Source of the DNA: Actinomycetes bacterium
GTDB taxonomy: Bacteria; Actinomycetota; Actinomycetes; S36-B12
Length of the DNA stretch: 63,298 nt
NCBI GenBank assembly: GCA_014190275.1
Contig: BJGE01000004.1
Span: 1-63,298, forward strand
Reading direction: 5' to 3'
Shown piece after piece: positions 1-11,831 of this stretch (position 1 is its first letter; every line of letters starts with the position of its first letter). The notes under the pieces are model-generated. The model searched no databases and was not told the DNA's origin. It saw nothing but the letters and a program-made list of their open reading frames with translations. The position numbers and the translations under genes were made by a program.

Positions 1-3000
1 CCACCGCGGTAGCACCAGAGTTTCGGACACAAAAACGCTCGCCTACCCGTCCGCGCAGATAGATCGCACCGCTGGTGGCACCGTAGCCAATAACATTTCC
101 AGCGATAATGTTTGTCTCGGCAGTAAATGTTGCCTCCGGAGAGGGATGCACCACGATTCGGCCACCCGAAAGCCCTTTACCAACATAATCATTCGCATCG
201 CCGATAAGACGAAGGGTTATCCCACGCGGAAGGAAGGCGCCAAAGGACTGCCCTGCCGAACCGGCAAAAGTCAGGTCGATCGTGTCATCGGGTAAACCCC
301 CACCGCCGTAGCGACGGGTTACTTCCGAGCCCAGCATCGTACCCACGGTTCGATTGACATTGCGGATCACCAACCGAGCGTGCACCTGTTCACCGCGTTC
401 CAAGGCCGGCTCGCACAGTGCTATCAACTCAATATCTAAGGCCCGGTCCAAGCCGTGATCTTGTGCGATCCGCTGGTGCCGAGGTGTGTCAGGCGGGATA
501 TCTGGCACATACAAAATCGGGGTTAAATCCAAGCCGGCTGTCTTCCAATGACTAACTGCGCCCTCCACGTCTAAGTACTCCGCGTGACCGACCGCTTCGG
601 CAAGGGTGCGAAAACCAAGTTCCGCCAGGTACTCGCGAACCTCCAGCGCTAGGTACTCAAAGAAGGTCTCAACGAACTCCGGCTCGCCGGTGAAGCGCTC
701 GCGCAGGATCGGGTTCTGGGTGGCCACCCCGACCGGGCAGGTGTCAAGATGGCAAACCCGCATCATCACGCAACCCATCACCACCAGCGGCGCGGTCGCA
801 AAGCCAAACTCTTCGGCGCCAAGAAGAGCCGCAATAACGACATCCCGACCGGTTTTCAATTGACCATCTGCTTGTAAAACAATGCGGTCCCGGAGTCCGT
901 TCAGCATCAACGTCTGCTGCGCCTCCGCTAACCCCAACTCCCATGGTGTACCCGCGTGCTTTAATGACGTAAGTGGCGAAGCACCGGTACCACCGTCGTG
1001 ACCAGAGATGAGTACGACATCGGCATGAGCCTTTGCCACACCTGCAGCAACTGTGCCGACACCAATTTCAGATACCAACTTGACATGGATCCGAGCCAGC
1101 GGGTTGGCATTCTTTAGATCATGGATCAACTGGGCGAGATCCTCAATGGAATAAATATCATGGTGTGGTGGGGGCGAAATCAAACCCACCCCTGGTGTCG
1201 AATGCCGAGTTTTGGCAATCCATGGGTACACCTTGTGGCCCGGTAGCTGACCGCCTTCGCCGGGTTTGGCGCCTTGGGCCATCTTTATCTGGATATCTTC
1301 GCTGTTCACTAGGTAATCACTGGTCACGCCGAATCGGCCAGATGCAACCTGCTTGATGGCAGAGCGCCTCGAATCGCCATTTGACAGCAAGACATAGCGC
1401 TCGGGATCTTCGCCACCTTCACCCGTATTCGACTTGGCTCCCATGCGATTCATCGCGATGGCCAAAGTTTCATGTGCCTCTGCGGAGATCGAACCGTATG
1501 ACATGGCCCCGGTCGAGAAACGTTTTATTATTGACTCAGCCGGCTCCACATCATCAATTGATACCGGCGGCCTAAGCCCGGTGCGCATCTTGAAGAGCCC
1601 ACGAATCGTCATCAGACGTTCTGCTTGTTCATTTACACCGGCGGTGTACTGCTGGAAAATATCGAAGCGCTTACTTCGCGTGGCGTGCTGGAGTCGAAAA
1701 ACCGTCTCAGGGTCGAATAAGTGCGGCTCACCTTCGCGGCGCCACTGATACTCCCCGCCAATATTTAGGGTACGGTGGGCGGGCGAAATACCCGAAGGTG
1801 GATAGGCGACAGCGTGCCGCGCCGACACCTCCGCGGCTAACACATCGAGGCCAACTCCACCCAGCCGGGAAGAAGTTCCGGTGAAGTAGCCGTCCACCAC
1901 CTCTTGTGATAAACCAAGGGCCTCAAAAATCTGTGCACCGCGATATGAAGCGACGGTTGATACTCCCATCTTGCTCATGACTTTGAGCACACCTTTCCCA
2001 AGGGCTTTAACAAGGTTGCGCATTGCGCGCTCCGGACTTTGTGCGTCGATCGCACCCCTCCTCGCGAGATCTTCAACCGACTCGAGCGCAAGATAAGGAT
2101 TTACAGCGGCCGCACCATAGCCAATCAGCAGGGCAACATGATGCACTTCGCGCACATCACCGGCCTCAACCAGCATGCTCACCATGGTGCGGGCCTTCGT
2201 TCGCACCAAATGGTGGTGCACGGCGGCGCAAAGCAGCAGCGATGGGATGGGCGCTTTAAACACGTCACTGTCCCGGTCCGAAAGCACGATGAAACGCTTA
2301 CCCTGACGGATCACCGCGTCAACCTCGTTGAAGATCTCGCTCAGCCGCCGCTTTATTGCCTCTCCCCCACCAGCTACCGGATAGAGCCCGGATATCCGCA
2401 CACCCGCGAACCGGGGCATGGTGCCGTCAGCGTTTATGTGCAAGACCTTGGCGAGTTCATCGTTATCAATAACCGGAAATGGGAGCACAACTTGTCGGCA
2501 GTGCCCCGCCGTTGCCTCCAACAGGTTTCCCTCCGGGCCGATATGGCTGGCGAGTGAAGTAACGATCTCTTCGCGGATTGCATCAAGTGGCGGATTGGTC
2601 ACCTGCGCGAATAACTGCTGGAAATAGTCGAAGAGCAACCTTGGGCGAGTCGAGAGCACCGCAATTGGGGTATCCGTACCCATTGACCCGATCGGCTCAA
2701 TTCCCATACATGCCATTGGTTCAAGGATGAGCCTGAGTTCTTCTTCCGAGTAGCCAAATGTTTGCTGCCGCCGCGCCACCGAGTCATGGGTATGCACAAT
2801 GTGCTCGCGTTCAGGCAACTCCTCCAGATGCACTAGGCCCGCATCCAGCCAATCCCCATAGGGCTCAGCCGCGGCCAACTCTGCTTTTACTTCCTCATCC
2901 TCGATGATGCGCCCGGCGGCGGTGTCTACCAGGAACATCCGACCCGGCTGCAGCCTGCCCTTACGCACGATCGAGGCGGGATCGAAGTCGAGCACTCCAG

Positions 3001-4144
3001 ACTCCGAAGCCAGAATTACTAACCCGTCCGCGGTGACCCAATACCTGCCCGGACGCAGCCCATTTCGGTCTAAAACCGCGCCGATGATCGTGCCGTCGGT
3101 AAAGCACACATTGGCTGGGCCATCCCATGGCTCCATCAGAGTCGAATGGAACTCGTAGAACGCCCGGCGCGCTGGATCAATGTCTGAATGGTTCTCCCAA
3201 GCCTCCGGGATCATCATCAACACCGCATGCGGTAGCGAGCGGCCAGCAAGATGAATCAACTCAAGGACTTCATCAAATGACGCTGAGTCGCTGCCGCCAC
3301 CGGTGCAAATCGGAAACAGCCGAGTCATATCGCCCGGAAGGATGGTGGAGGTGAGCATTGACTCACGAGCCTGCATCCAGTTTCTATTTCCTTGGACGGT
3401 ATTTATCTCACCATTATGCGAAATGAAACGATACGGATGGGCCAACGGCCAAGAGGGGAAAGTATTGGTCGAAAAACGCGAGTGGACGAGCGCTAGGGTC
3501 GATGTCATCAACTCGCTGGATAGATCGGGATAAAAAGACTCCAGTTGACCCGTGGTCAACATGCCCTTGTACACGATGGTCCGAGCCGAAAGCGAGGGAA
3601 AGTAGACGTCGACATCGCGTTCTGCGCGCTTTCGGACCGCGTAAATCTGACGATCTAGTTCTAGGCCGCTCTTGCCCTGCGGTGAGCTCAAGAAGCACTG
3701 CTCGATTGTCGGCATGACATTTAGCGCGGTCCGGCCGACCGTGGTTGGATCCGTCGGCACGGTGCGCCAGCCCAGGACATGGAGCCCTTCATCACGCGCG
3801 ATGCGCTCCACTTCGGCTTTGCTCGCAGCCTGCTCCACCTCAAGTTGTGGCAAGAACGCGATACCCACCGCATATTGCCCTGCCGCGGGTAGTTCGAATG
3901 ACACGTTTGCGCGCAAAAACGCATCAGGAACCTGCAACAAGATCCCGGCCCCATCGCCACTATCGGGTTCACTGCCGGACGCACCTCGATGATCTAGGTT
4001 TCGAAGTGCCATCAAGGCTTTTGCTATCACCTCATGGGATGCGACCCCGGTAAGTGTCGCAACGAAGGCAACACCACAGGCATCGTGCTCACGATTTGGT
4101 TGATACAACCCCTGAGCAGCAGGTAGGCCGTCCCGCACAGACAC
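1..4144 (-). CDS. gltB: Glutamate synthase large subunit; C-terminal end lies outside the window
   Basis: Not in the ORF track because it has no stop inside the window. Hand translation of the minus strand from GTG at 4144 gives [29 protein letters not shown] (amidotransferase N-terminus). Further on it gives [20 protein letters not shown] and [14 protein letters not shown] (FMN/synthase domain). At the window edge it gives [33 protein letters not shown] (GXGXG domain). No separate ORFs are listed in this frame, consistent with one uninterrupted frame. Confidence 0.9.
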   Translation of the reverse strand, partial: MSVRDGLPAAQGLYQPNREHDACGVAFVATLTGVASHEVIAKALMALRNLDHRGASGSEPDSGDGAGILLQVPDAFLRANVSFELPAAGQYAVGIAFLPQLEVEQAASKAEVERIARDEGLHVLGWRTVPTDPTTVGRTALNVMPTIEQCFLSSPQGKSGLELDRQIYAVRKRAERDVDVYFPSLSARTIVYKGMLTTGQLESFYPDLSSELMTSTLALVHSRFSTNTFPSWPLAHPYRFISHNGEINTVQGNRNWMQARESMLTSTILPGDMTRLFPICTGGGSDSASFDEVLELIHLAGRSLPHAVLMMIPEAWENHSDIDPARRAFYEFHSTLMEPWDGPANVCFTDGTIIGAVLDRNGLRPGRYWVTADGLVILASESGVLDFDPASIVRKGRLQPGRMFLVDTAAGRIIEDEEVKAELAAAEPYGDWLDAGLVHLEELPEREHIVHTHDSVARRQQTFGYSEEELRLILEPMACMGIEPIGSMGTDTPIAVLSTRPRLLFDYFQQLFAQVTNPPLDAIREEIVTSLASHIGPEGNLLEATAGHCRQVVLPFPVIDNDELAKVLHINADGTMPRFAGVRISGLYPVAGGGEAIKRRLSEIFNEVDAVIRQGKRFIVLSDRDSDVFKAPIPSLLLCAAVHHHLVRTKARTMVSMLVEAGDVREVHHVALLIGYGAAAVNPYLALESVEDLARRGAIDAQSPERAMRNLVKALGKGVLKVMSKMGVSTVASYRGAQIFEALGLSQEVVDGYFTGTSSRLGGVGLDVLAAEVSARHAVAYPPSGISPAHRTLNIGGEYQWRREGEPHLFDPETVFRLQHATRSKRFDIFQQYTAGVNEQAERLMTIRGLFKMRTGLRPPVSIDDVEPAESIIKRFSTGAMSYGSISAEAHETLAIAMNRMGAKSNTGEGGEDPERYVLLSNGDSRRSAIKQVASGRFGVTSDYLVNSEDIQIKMAQGAKPGEGGQLPGHKVYPWIAKTRHSTPGVGLISPPPHHDIYSIEDLAQLIHDLKNANPLARIHVKLVSEIGVGTVAAGVAKAHADVVLISGHDGGTGASPLTSLKHAGTPWELGLAEAQQTLMLNGLRDRIVLQADGQLKTGRDVVIAALLGAEEFGFATAPLVVMGCVMMRVCHLDTCPVGVATQNPILRERFTGEPEFVETFFEYLALEVREYLAELGFRTLAEAVGHAEYLDVEGAVSHWKTAGLDLTPILYVPDIPPDTPRHQRIAQDHGLDRALDIELIALCEPALERGEQVHARLVIRNVNRTVGTMLGSEVTRRYGGGGLPDDTIDLTFAGSAGQSFGAFLPRGITLRLIGDANDYVGKGLSGGRIVVHPSPEATFTAETNIIAGNVIGYGATSGAIYLRGRVGERFCVRNSGATAV

Positions 4145-4262
4145 TTATGCCCTTTCGTCGTCGCGCCACCTTCGGCATATTGCCCGGTCAAAAGGACTAG
4201 TCAAAATGCCCGATCAAAATGACCGATTGGTGGATTCGACAGGACGACGTTGGCCTATCAGC

Positions 4263-5117
4263 TCACATAGTACCCGATAACAATTTCGGGTCGGCTTCGC
4301 CCACCTTGAGTTCCTCTCGACCGGGCCGGAGCCGAGAGGAAATGACCAGATACACCAGCGCCCCGGTGCCAACAAGAAGCGAGGTCCAAATATTTAGGCG
4401 GAGGCCAAGAATCGTGTTGGCACTATCGATCCGCAGGGCTTCGATCCACAGGCGGCCGGCACAGTACAAAGCCACATAAAGGGCGAAAACCCGGCCGTGA
4501 CCTAGGTTAAACCGCTTATCGGCCCAAAGCAGAAGACCGACGACCCCTAGCATCCACAGCGCCTCATAAAGAAAAGTCGGGTGGAAAGTCGCGAAGCTTT
4601 CGTAACCCGCCGGTCGGTGGGCCGCATCGATTTCAAGTGCCCACGGCACGGTTGTCGGGGCTCCAAAGAGTTCTTGGTTAAACCAGTTGCCTAGCCGCCC
4701 GATCACCTGCGCTAGGGCGATGCCCGGAGCGATGGCATCGGCAACCGGTGGCAGTAGCACCCCGGCCCGGCGCGCACCGATCAGGGCGCCTAAGGCGCCG
4801 AGGGTTACCGCACCCCAGATCCCAAGCCCACCGTCCCAGATGCGAAAGGCCGCACCAAGTCCACGACCGTCGGGTCCGAAGTACAACTGAGCATCGGAGA
4901 TGACGTGATACAGCCGGCCGCCCACGATGCCAAATGGCACTGCCCAGATTGCGATATCGGTGATCACCTTGGGTTTACCGCCGCGGGCCAGATAGCGCTT
5001 ATTGCCAAGCCAAACCGCCACGAGGATGCCAACTACGATGAAGAGGGCATAAGCCCGGATCGGAATCGGGCCGAGGGTCCAGACCCCAACCGGTGGGCTT
5101 GGGAGAAAAGTCGGCAC
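4263..5117 (-). CDS. lgt: Prolipoprotein diacylglyceryl transferase
   Basis: 284-aa polytopic membrane ORF with GRLGNWFNQELFG and HPTFLYEALW motifs typical of Lgt. It follows the trp genes, as in other actinobacteria. Confidence 0.85.
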   Translation of the reverse strand: MPTFLPSPPVGVWTLGPIPIRAYALFIVVGILVAVWLGNKRYLARGGKPKVITDIAIWAVPFGIVGGRLYHVISDAQLYFGPDGRGLGAAFRIWDGGLGIWGAVTLGALGALIGARRAGVLLPPVADAIAPGIALAQVIGRLGNWFNQELFGAPTTVPWALEIDAAHRPAGYESFATFHPTFLYEALWMLGVVGLLLWADKRFNLGHGRVFALYVALYCAGRLWIEALRIDSANTILGLRLNIWTSLLVGTGALVYLVISSRLRPGREELKVGEADPKLLSGTM

Positions 5118-5146
5118 TAACCCCCCGCCAACGAGGGACCCGATAC

Positions 5147-5977
5147 CTATTTCGCCGCCTCGGCAGCGACGGCGGCCGCAAGGGCTACCGGATCAGCAAG
5201 CACCGTATTATCAAGTGGAGTGCCATTTAGGAATCCGGCCGGGGTACCCGGCACATTCAACTTTAGGAAGGTGTCATAACTATTGGCTGCCCAACCGACA
5301 TAGGTGCGATCCGCTAAACATTGGGTGAAGGTATCAAGCGCCGGACCGGCAATACCCGCATCGGCTGCGAAAGTCAGTAATTGCTCGTCGCTATAACCGT
5401 CGCCTTCAATTTCTGGTTGGTTCTTATACACCACATCGTGGTACTCAAGGGTTTTATCAGCATCTACCGCACAACCCCAGGCCGCAACCGCGCGCGTCGA
5501 GGCGTCATTGCCAACTCGCAAGTCCAAAAAGGTTGTTGGCCGCCAGACCAATTGAATCTTGCCCTCATCTGCAAGTTGGACGATCCCAGCGCCATTAGTC
5601 TCTTCCAGATTTGCACATGATGGGCATTGGAAGTCCTCCCAAATGGTGAGTACCGGCACACCGGTTGCCGAAGCGTTGTAGGGGACGCCGTATTCATTTA
5701 CGTCTCCGGTCGGGTAAACCCCGGCGGGAATAGCGGCGGCAGGATCAGCCGTGGCTGTCACCAAAGTGCCGGTGGTATCGGTGCTCTTTGCAACCACCGC
5801 AATACCGATGATTCCCGCCACTACTACGAGAACCGTGACCGCACCCACAATTCGGATCGCGCGCTCGCGACGCTTCTCGCCAGATTGCGAAGCCGCTCGC
5901 GCTGCCGCTGCTGCCTCGCGCCGGTTTTTGCCGCCCTCACTCATCCGCATTGCTCCCTTAAGTTTCGAAAGATCCAT
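5147..5977 (-). CDS. Membrane-anchored DsbA-like thioredoxin-fold protein
   Basis: One N-terminal TM helix (IVGAVTVLVVVAGIIGIAVV) followed by a thioredoxin-like domain with the CxxC motif WEDFQCPSCANLE. The start may be an internal Met (5950 or 5944). Confidence 0.7.
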   Translation of the reverse strand: MDLSKLKGAMRMSEGGKNRREAAAAARAASQSGEKRRERAIRIVGAVTVLVVVAGIIGIAVVAKSTDTTGTLVTATADPAAAIPAGVYPTGDVNEYGVPYNASATGVPVLTIWEDFQCPSCANLEETNGAGIVQLADEGKIQLVWRPTTFLDLRVGNDASTRAVAAWGCAVDADKTLEYHDVVYKNQPEIEGDGYSDEQLLTFAADAGIAGPALDTFTQCLADRTYVGWAANSYDTFLKLNVPGTPAGFLNGTPLDNTVLADPVALAAAVAAEAAK

Positions 5978-6037
5978 TTTTTCATAGTGGTTGCATTTTC
6001 CTACTGATTGAATCCCACGGTACGCGACCTCGCCGGC

Positions 6038-6832
6038 TCACCTTTTAACCCCCTCGGCGAGCTCCCCGGCCAGGGCCCGAACGGCCGAAATTGCGGCGGG
6101 TAAATCAGGTGCGGCTCGGATACAGCGGACAAACGCCGATCCCACGATGACCCCGTCGGCGTAGGCCGCCACTTCGTGGGCCTGGCTGCCGGTAGATACC
6201 CCTAAGCCGACGGCGATCGGCAATTTAGTGGCCAGCCGGCACCGGGCCACCAACCCCTGGGCGCCAGCACCGACTTCGCTCCGGGCCCCGGTCACCCCCA
6301 TGGTCGAGGCTGCATAGACAAATCCGGAGGTTTTCTTAACCACCGTCTTAATTCGGTCATCGGTTGACGATGGCGCCACTAGGAAAATCGTGTCGATCGC
6401 CCCGGCGGTTGCGGCCAGCCAGGGGCCGGCCTCCTCCCAGGTGAGATCTGGGGTAATGACCCCGTTGCCACCAGCCGCTTTCAGCCGAGTGGCAAACCGC
6501 TCCACGCCGTAGCGCTCAATTGGGTTCCAGTAAGACATCACCAAGATCGCGGCCCGATCACCGTCGAGGCGACCGACCACATCCAAAACTACCTCGGTGG
6601 TGGTGCCACCGGACAACGCGTGAGCGACGGCGAACTGGATATCCGCACCGTCCATCAACGGATCCGAATAAGGCAGACCGACCTCTATTGCATCCACCCC
6701 GGAATCGATCATTGCGTTCATTAGTTCTACTGACGCGTCAGCGGTCGGGAAACCCGCTGGTAGATACCCGATCAATGCCGCACGATTCGTGGATCTGGTC
6801 TGGGCGAATACTTCGGCTAGTCGCCGGCTCAT
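6038..6832 (-). CDS. trpA: Tryptophan synthase alpha chain
   Basis: [11 protein letters not shown] and [18 protein letters not shown] motifs. Start taken at ATG 6832 (MSRRLAEVF), which overlaps the trpB stop as ATGA. Confidence 0.9.
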   Translation of the reverse strand: MSRRLAEVFAQTRSTNRAALIGYLPAGFPTADASVELMNAMIDSGVDAIEVGLPYSDPLMDGADIQFAVAHALSGGTTTEVVLDVVGRLDGDRAAILVMSYWNPIERYGVERFATRLKAAGGNGVITPDLTWEEAGPWLAATAGAIDTIFLVAPSSTDDRIKTVVKKTSGFVYAASTMGVTGARSEVGAGAQGLVARCRLATKLPIAVGLGVSTGSQAHEVAAYADGVIVGSAFVRCIRAAPDLPAAISAVRALAGELAEGVKR

Positions 6833-8130
6833 CGACCTTCGGCCATTTCGATCCCTGCTGGCGCGCCGATCCCAAACCACCGGGCCGCGGTCGCAACGTC
6901 TTTGTCCCCGCGCCCCGACAGATTAACGATAATCAGCGAATCTGGCCCCAATTCGCGCCCCACTCGCATGGCGCCGGCTAGCGCATGGGCGGTCTCAATC
7001 GCCGGGATGATGCCTTCGGTGCGACTCAGTAGCGCCAAGGCAGCCATTGCCTCGTCATCATTGACGGCTTCGTATTTCGCGCGCCCGGTGTCATGGAGCC
7101 ATGAGTGCTCCGGACCAACCCCTGGATAATCCAACCCCGCGCTTATCGAATGTGAGGCAATTGTCTGACCCCAAGTATCTTGCATTACATAGGTGCGAGC
7201 ACCGTGCAACACACCCGGCGACCCGGCGGCGAAGCGTGCCGCATGGCGTCCGGTCTCTACCCCATCACCACCGGCTTCGTATCCGCGCAATTGCACCGTG
7301 GCGTCATCCATGAATCCGCTGAACAAGCCAATTGCGTTTGATCCACCGCCTACACACGCAACTACCGCGTCCGGAAGTCGGCCTTCGGCCGCTTGGATCT
7401 GCTCGCGCGCCTCACGACCCACGATCGCCTGAAAATATCGCACCATTTCCGGGAATGGGGCTGGCCCGGTGACGGTACCGAGTACGTAGTGGGTCTTCTC
7501 AACCGAAGCCACCCAATCTCGCATAGCTTCATTGATCGCATCTTTTAAGGTGCGACTACCGGCGGTTACCGAGAATACTTCTGCCCCGAGTAATTGCATC
7601 CGAACTACATTTAAGGCCTGTCGGCGGGTGTCTTCTTCGCCCATGAAGACAGTGCAGTCCAGCCCGAGCAGGGCCGCAGCCGTTGCCGTAGCCACCCCAT
7701 GTTGACCGGCACCAGTCTCGGCGATCATCCGGGTCTTGCCCATCCGCTGGGTAAGTAATGCCTGCCCAATCGCGTTATTGATCTTGTGCGAGCCCGTGTG
7801 GTTTAGGTCCTCGCGCTTTAAGTAGATTCGGGCTCCCCCACAATGCTCGGCAAACCGATCCGCCTTGGTCAGTGGGCTTGGGCGACCGGTATACGAGACC
7901 TCCAACTTTGTAAGTCGGTCGATAAAATCTGGGTCGATAATCGCGGACCGGAATGCGGCGTCCAATTCATCAAGAGCTGCAGTAAGAGCCTCGGGAACGA
8001 ACCGGCCGCCATAGGGCCCAAAGTGCCCGGCCGAGATCGCGGTCTCATAAGTGGTCAACTTGATCTCACCCTCTACTATGCCGAAGGGCTGGGTGCGCAC
8101 CGGCCGTGACAAGATCATGGACCGCCGCAC
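6829..8130 (-). CDS. trpB: Tryptophan synthase beta chain
   Basis: [22 protein letters not shown] (PLP lysine) and [10 protein letters not shown] motifs. The start is uncertain: candidates at 8130, 8118 and GTG 8100 all overlap the trpC 3' end. Confidence 0.9.
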   Translation of the reverse strand: MRRSMILSRPVRTQPFGIVEGEIKLTTYETAISAGHFGPYGGRFVPEALTAALDELDAAFRSAIIDPDFIDRLTKLEVSYTGRPSPLTKADRFAEHCGGARIYLKREDLNHTGSHKINNAIGQALLTQRMGKTRMIAETGAGQHGVATATAAALLGLDCTVFMGEEDTRRQALNVVRMQLLGAEVFSVTAGSRTLKDAINEAMRDWVASVEKTHYVLGTVTGPAPFPEMVRYFQAIVGREAREQIQAAEGRLPDAVVACVGGGSNAIGLFSGFMDDATVQLRGYEAGGDGVETGRHAARFAAGSPGVLHGARTYVMQDTWGQTIASHSISAGLDYPGVGPEHSWLHDTGRAKYEAVNDDEAMAALALLSRTEGIIPAIETAHALAGAMRVGRELGPDSLIIVNLSGRGDKDVATAARWFGIGAPAGIEMAEGR

Positions 8131-8875
8131 GTGGATCTTTGACGGTCACGAGGCTCTCGCCAACCAGCACCGCGTCAGCTCCGGCTTCGGCATAGGCGAT
8201 GAGGTCGTGCGGGTCGCGCACTCCGGACTCGGCGATCCGGACACATGATTCAGGGATCATCGGGGCCAGCCGGCGAAAAACCGTGCGATCAACTTCAAGG
8301 GTCTTAAGGTCTCTCGCATTGACGCCGACGATGACAGCGCCAGCATCCAGGGCCCGCTTCACCTCTAGTTCATCATGCACCTCGACCAGCGCGCTGAGAC
8401 CCAAACTCTTAGCGCGCTCAACCAAACTTATTAGGGCTGGCTGATCTAGGGCCGCCACTATCAACAGCGCCATATCGGCGCCATAAACCTTTGCTTCCCA
8501 AAGCTGATAACTGGACACGATGAAATCCTTGCGCAGTACGGGGACATCCACTGCGGCTCTAACTTCTGCCAGATCAGCCAGGCTGCCGCCGAATCGACGT
8601 TCCTCGGTTAAAACGCTTATACAGTGCGCGCCACCGGCTTCATATGCGCAGGCCAATAGCGCGGGGTCCCCAATTTCCGCTATCGTGCCGCGGCTGGGGC
8701 TGGCACGTTTCACCTCTGCGATCACGCAAACGTCATCACCCTTAAGAATATTGAAGACATCCGAGGCCGGGCGCATCCTTTGCGCACGTTCCTTCAGATC
8801 ATCAAGGCAAACGGCGTCCATGCGTTGTGCGAGGTCTTCACGCACGCCCACGAGAATGTCGTCCAGTACGGTCAC
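8066..8875 (-). CDS. trpC: Indole-3-glycerol phosphate synthase
   Basis: [26 protein letters not shown] and [13 protein letters not shown] motifs typical of TrpC. Confidence 0.9.
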   Translation of the reverse strand: MTVLDDILVGVREDLAQRMDAVCLDDLKERAQRMRPASDVFNILKGDDVCVIAEVKRASPSRGTIAEIGDPALLACAYEAGGAHCISVLTEERRFGGSLADLAEVRAAVDVPVLRKDFIVSSYQLWEAKVYGADMALLIVAALDQPALISLVERAKSLGLSALVEVHDELEVKRALDAGAVIVGVNARDLKTLEVDRTVFRRLAPMIPESCVRIAESGVRDPHDLIAYAEAGADAVLVGESLVTVKDPRAAVHDLVTAGAHPALRHSRG

Positions 8876-8910
8876 CTCCTAAGGGTAACCACGGGCAAAT
8901 TCAGCGCTAC

Positions 8911-9390
8911 TCAGGCCCCCGAAGATAAATATGGGACGAAGTTTCGAATGACCCCAAAAACCAAAATAAGGCCCAGGCTAAAATAAGTTATCCGGTTTCG
9001 GCGCTGAAACTGCTGGCGGGTCACCGCGCCGCGATAGCCGCCCCAACTTCGTATCACCCACAGCGCCCAAAGCACGATCGCCGCTGGTACGAGCACCAAC
9101 AGCAAAAAATTGTTGTCTAGTGCGCCAGAAAAATCACCATGCAATAAATCGTGGGTCCCGCGAAGAATTCCGCATCCTGGGCAATCTATCCCAAAAAGCG
9201 CGCGAGTCGGGCAGAGCGGGTAGTGACCGGGCACGTTTGGGTCAACCGCCCACAGGTAGCCGCACCCGACCAAAACCAGTGCCCCGGTACCTAGTGGCGC
9301 GAGTAAGCGGCGCACCCGGGGGCGAGAATCTATCGAAGCCGCCTCGACAATGTCATTCGGCGCCAACGCCACTACGGTCACCTGCTCCAT
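8911..9390 (-). CDS. DUF2752-like membrane protein
   Basis: CPTRALFGIDCPGCGILRGTHDL cysteine motif followed by hydrophobic helices. This resembles the DUF2752 family as I remember it. Confidence 0.55.
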   Translation of the reverse strand: MEQVTVVALAPNDIVEAASIDSRPRVRRLLAPLGTGALVLVGCGYLWAVDPNVPGHYPLCPTRALFGIDCPGCGILRGTHDLLHGDFSGALDNNFLLLVLVPAAIVLWALWVIRSWGGYRGAVTRQQFQRRNRITYFSLGLILVFGVIRNFVPYLSSGA

Positions 9391-9394
9391 GGCC

Positions 9395-10777
9395 TTAGCC
9401 TACGAGAGGAAAGCGCACCATGAAACGGGCACCGCCGCCCGGGGCCCGGCCCGCGGACGCTTGACCACCCAGTCCGGAAGCCATTCGCCCCACCAACGCA
9501 AGGCCTAGGCCCGTGCCAACCGGTCGCACCCCACGGTAACGCTCATGGAGCGCCCCGGGTTCAAATGCCACCTCGATATCGCCCGGGGTCAGGCCCGGGC
9601 CACCGTCGCGCACTTCAATCACCGCCGATGACCCTTCGGCTCCTAGGATCAACTCGATCAATGAGCCTTCGGGTGAGACGCGAAGTGCATTCTCTGCGAG
9701 ATTATCGATTACCTGTCGCAACCTGACCGGGTCAACGTGTGCGATTAACGCAAGCGGTGGGGTCTGGCAATCGAACCGCACCCTCTCCCGGGCGCAGCGG
9801 TCAGCCCAAACCTTTGCCGCCTCGCGGACCAACTCACCCAGATCAATATCCAGCGGTGTCAGCTGGAAGTTCACGGCGCCTAGTCGGGCTAAATCGAGTA
9901 AATCGGAGACCAGTCGATCCAACCTAGTCGCTTCCGCGGTCAAGATGGCACCGGTCCTGGCCACTTCTGCCCCGGGAATCAGCCCATCAGCAAGGGCTTC
10001 GCCATAACCTCTTACCGCGGTTAGTGGCGTTCGTAATTCATGCGAAACTGACAACAAGAACTCCCGCTGCCGCCCCTCAGATACCGCTAGCGCCGAACTT
10101 AGATGGTTGAGCGCCTCGGAGATATCGGCGATCTCACTCGGTCCTTCCTCAATCAGCAAAACATCGCGGGCACCAGATGCCATCTGATTGGCAGCTTGCC
10201 GTGCCGCCCGCAGTGGCCTCGTGAGGCGCTGGGCGGCCCAATACCCGATCGGGATCGAGATCAAAAGGCCTAAAAGCAGTGCGACACCAAAGCGCAGCAA
10301 CAGGGCTTGTGCTGACCCGCCGACCACTTTTATCGGCAGCTGCAGGACCAAGGCTGTATCACCACTCATCTTGCGGGCTTCGATGAGTACCGGACCGCTC
10401 GGCGTCACACCTTCGGTGGAGACAACCGCGCCACCCATCAAACTTTGCATCGAGGCCTCCGACAACCCCGGCGGTGGCACGCTCGATGAGCTCAAAATGT
10501 AACCGGAGATTTGCTCCGCGACCAAAGTACGTTCTAACTCCTTGGGTAACAGGGAATCTGAACCTATTCCCAAATCCATCCCTAAGCCCCCGCGGTCAAG
10601 GGCCGCAACGGTGATATCAGTCAGCCGACTAAGTCGTTCACGTGATTGCTGCAGAGTTGTCGCATTGATTAACAGATACGAGACAGCTACCGCGACGACT
10701 ACTACAATCACCGCCACCGAACTAGTTAGAAGCACCGTTCGGGTGATGATGCTCATGCGGGCCCGCCTAGTGGTCAC
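9395..10777 (-). CDS. Sensor histidine kinase (two TM helices, extracytoplasmic loop, HAMP, HisKA, HATPase)
   Basis: H-box SVSHELRTPLTAV, N-box DNLAENALRVS, G-boxes RDGGPGL and GTGLGLALV. Two hydrophobic helices flank a segment of roughly 140 aa. The GTG start overlaps the response-regulator stop (GTGA). Confidence 0.85.
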   Translation of the reverse strand: MTTRRARMSIITRTVLLTSSVAVIVVVVAVAVSYLLINATTLQQSRERLSRLTDITVAALDRGGLGMDLGIGSDSLLPKELERTLVAEQISGYILSSSSVPPPGLSEASMQSLMGGAVVSTEGVTPSGPVLIEARKMSGDTALVLQLPIKVVGGSAQALLLRFGVALLLGLLISIPIGYWAAQRLTRPLRAARQAANQMASGARDVLLIEEGPSEIADISEALNHLSSALAVSEGRQREFLLSVSHELRTPLTAVRGYGEALADGLIPGAEVARTGAILTAEATRLDRLVSDLLDLARLGAVNFQLTPLDIDLGELVREAAKVWADRCARERVRFDCQTPPLALIAHVDPVRLRQVIDNLAENALRVSPEGSLIELILGAEGSSAVIEVRDGGPGLTPGDIEVAFEPGALHERYRGVRPVGTGLGLALVGRMASGLGGQASAGRAPGGGARFMVRFPLVG

Positions 10778-11466
10778 GGCTCGAGCTCCGCGGAGTAGCC
10801 CACCCCACGCACGGTGCGAATGGGACTGTGGTCACCAAGCTTGGCTCGTACTTGAGCTACATGCACGTCAACGGTCCTGGTACCAACTATTGCCGCGTAA
10901 CCCCAGACTTCAGAAAGTAATTGCTCGCGGCTCAACACTTTGCCCTGGTTGGCCATCAGGTGTTCCAGCAGGTCAAACTCCGTAGCCGTTAGCTGTATTT
11001 GCGCACCGGCGACGCTGACGCGCCTGGTGACCGGATCAAGCGAAACATCGCCGAGGGTCAAAGGTCCAGTAGCGCTGGCCGCATGGGCCGCACGTCTGAC
11101 AACGGCTTTCACCCTTGCTGCCACCTCACGGGGGCTAAAGGGTTTTGTGATGTAGTCATCGGCACCTAGCTCTAAACCAACAACCCGATCGACCTCATCA
11201 TCGCGTGCGGTGCAGAAAAGCACCGGAGTCCAATTACCTTCAGCCCGCAACTGGCGACATATTTCGGTTCCGTCCATCGATGGCAAGCCCACATCGCAAA
11301 TGATGGCGATCGGGTGCAGGGTGCGGGCAGCCCTAAGTCCGGCTAAGCCATCGGACTCAACCTGGACCCCGAAGCCTTCGCGAGTTAAGTACAGCCGCAA
11401 AAGATCTGATATCGCCCGCTCATCCTCAATTACCAGAATTAGGCCTTTGGCCAAATCAGGGCTCAT
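10774..11466 (-). CDS. OmpR-family response regulator
   Basis: Receiver domain (LVIEDE ... CDVGLPSMDG ... TKPF) and winged-helix output (LTATEFDLLEHL, RTVDVHVAQVRAKL, IRTVRGVGY). Start taken at ATG 11466; the maximal ORF extends to 11493. Confidence 0.85.
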   Translation of the reverse strand: MSPDLAKGLILVIEDERAISDLLRLYLTREGFGVQVESDGLAGLRAARTLHPIAIICDVGLPSMDGTEICRQLRAEGNWTPVLFCTARDDEVDRVVGLELGADDYITKPFSPREVAARVKAVVRRAAHAASATGPLTLGDVSLDPVTRRVSVAGAQIQLTATEFDLLEHLMANQGKVLSREQLLSEVWGYAAIVGTRTVDVHVAQVRAKLGDHSPIRTVRGVGYSAELEP

Positions 11467-11549
11467 AACACTAAGGGTGCCATGGAAAACCACGCACTCA
11501 TACTCCGCGCGGCGGCAGCCGGATCAAGGATTCGTCAGGATCTGGTAAA

Positions 11550-11786
11550 TCAGCGTCGGGGAATGGTGCCGAGCCCGGTTTTTTGCATGATCTTTCCGAC
11601 TACCGCCCCCACGACTACCAACCCCGCGCCGACCCAGAACATCGGCCAGTTACCGAGAATCAAGGCCAAGGTGCCAACCAAGAAGGCAATCGTGATGATG
11701 ACGACAGTCGTCCAAGCCGCTGGGGTGGACCCGTGATGGCCCTGTTTGTGCTGCGTGGCGCCCGTACTGTGATTGCCCATGACCAC
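11550..11786 (-). CDS. Small membrane protein with the HGxxPAAW motif
   Basis: 78 aa with HHGSTPAAWTTVV followed by two hydrophobic helices. This motif names a small actinobacterial family often found near trp genes (from memory). Confidence 0.6.
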   Translation of the reverse strand: MVMGNHSTGATQHKQGHHGSTPAAWTTVVIITIAFLVGTLALILGNWPMFWVGAGLVVVGAVVGKIMQKTGLGTIPRR

Positions 11787-11831
11787 ATCTAAGCATTAAC
11801 ACCTGGTGCATCGCCCGATGAGGTAGCCAAA

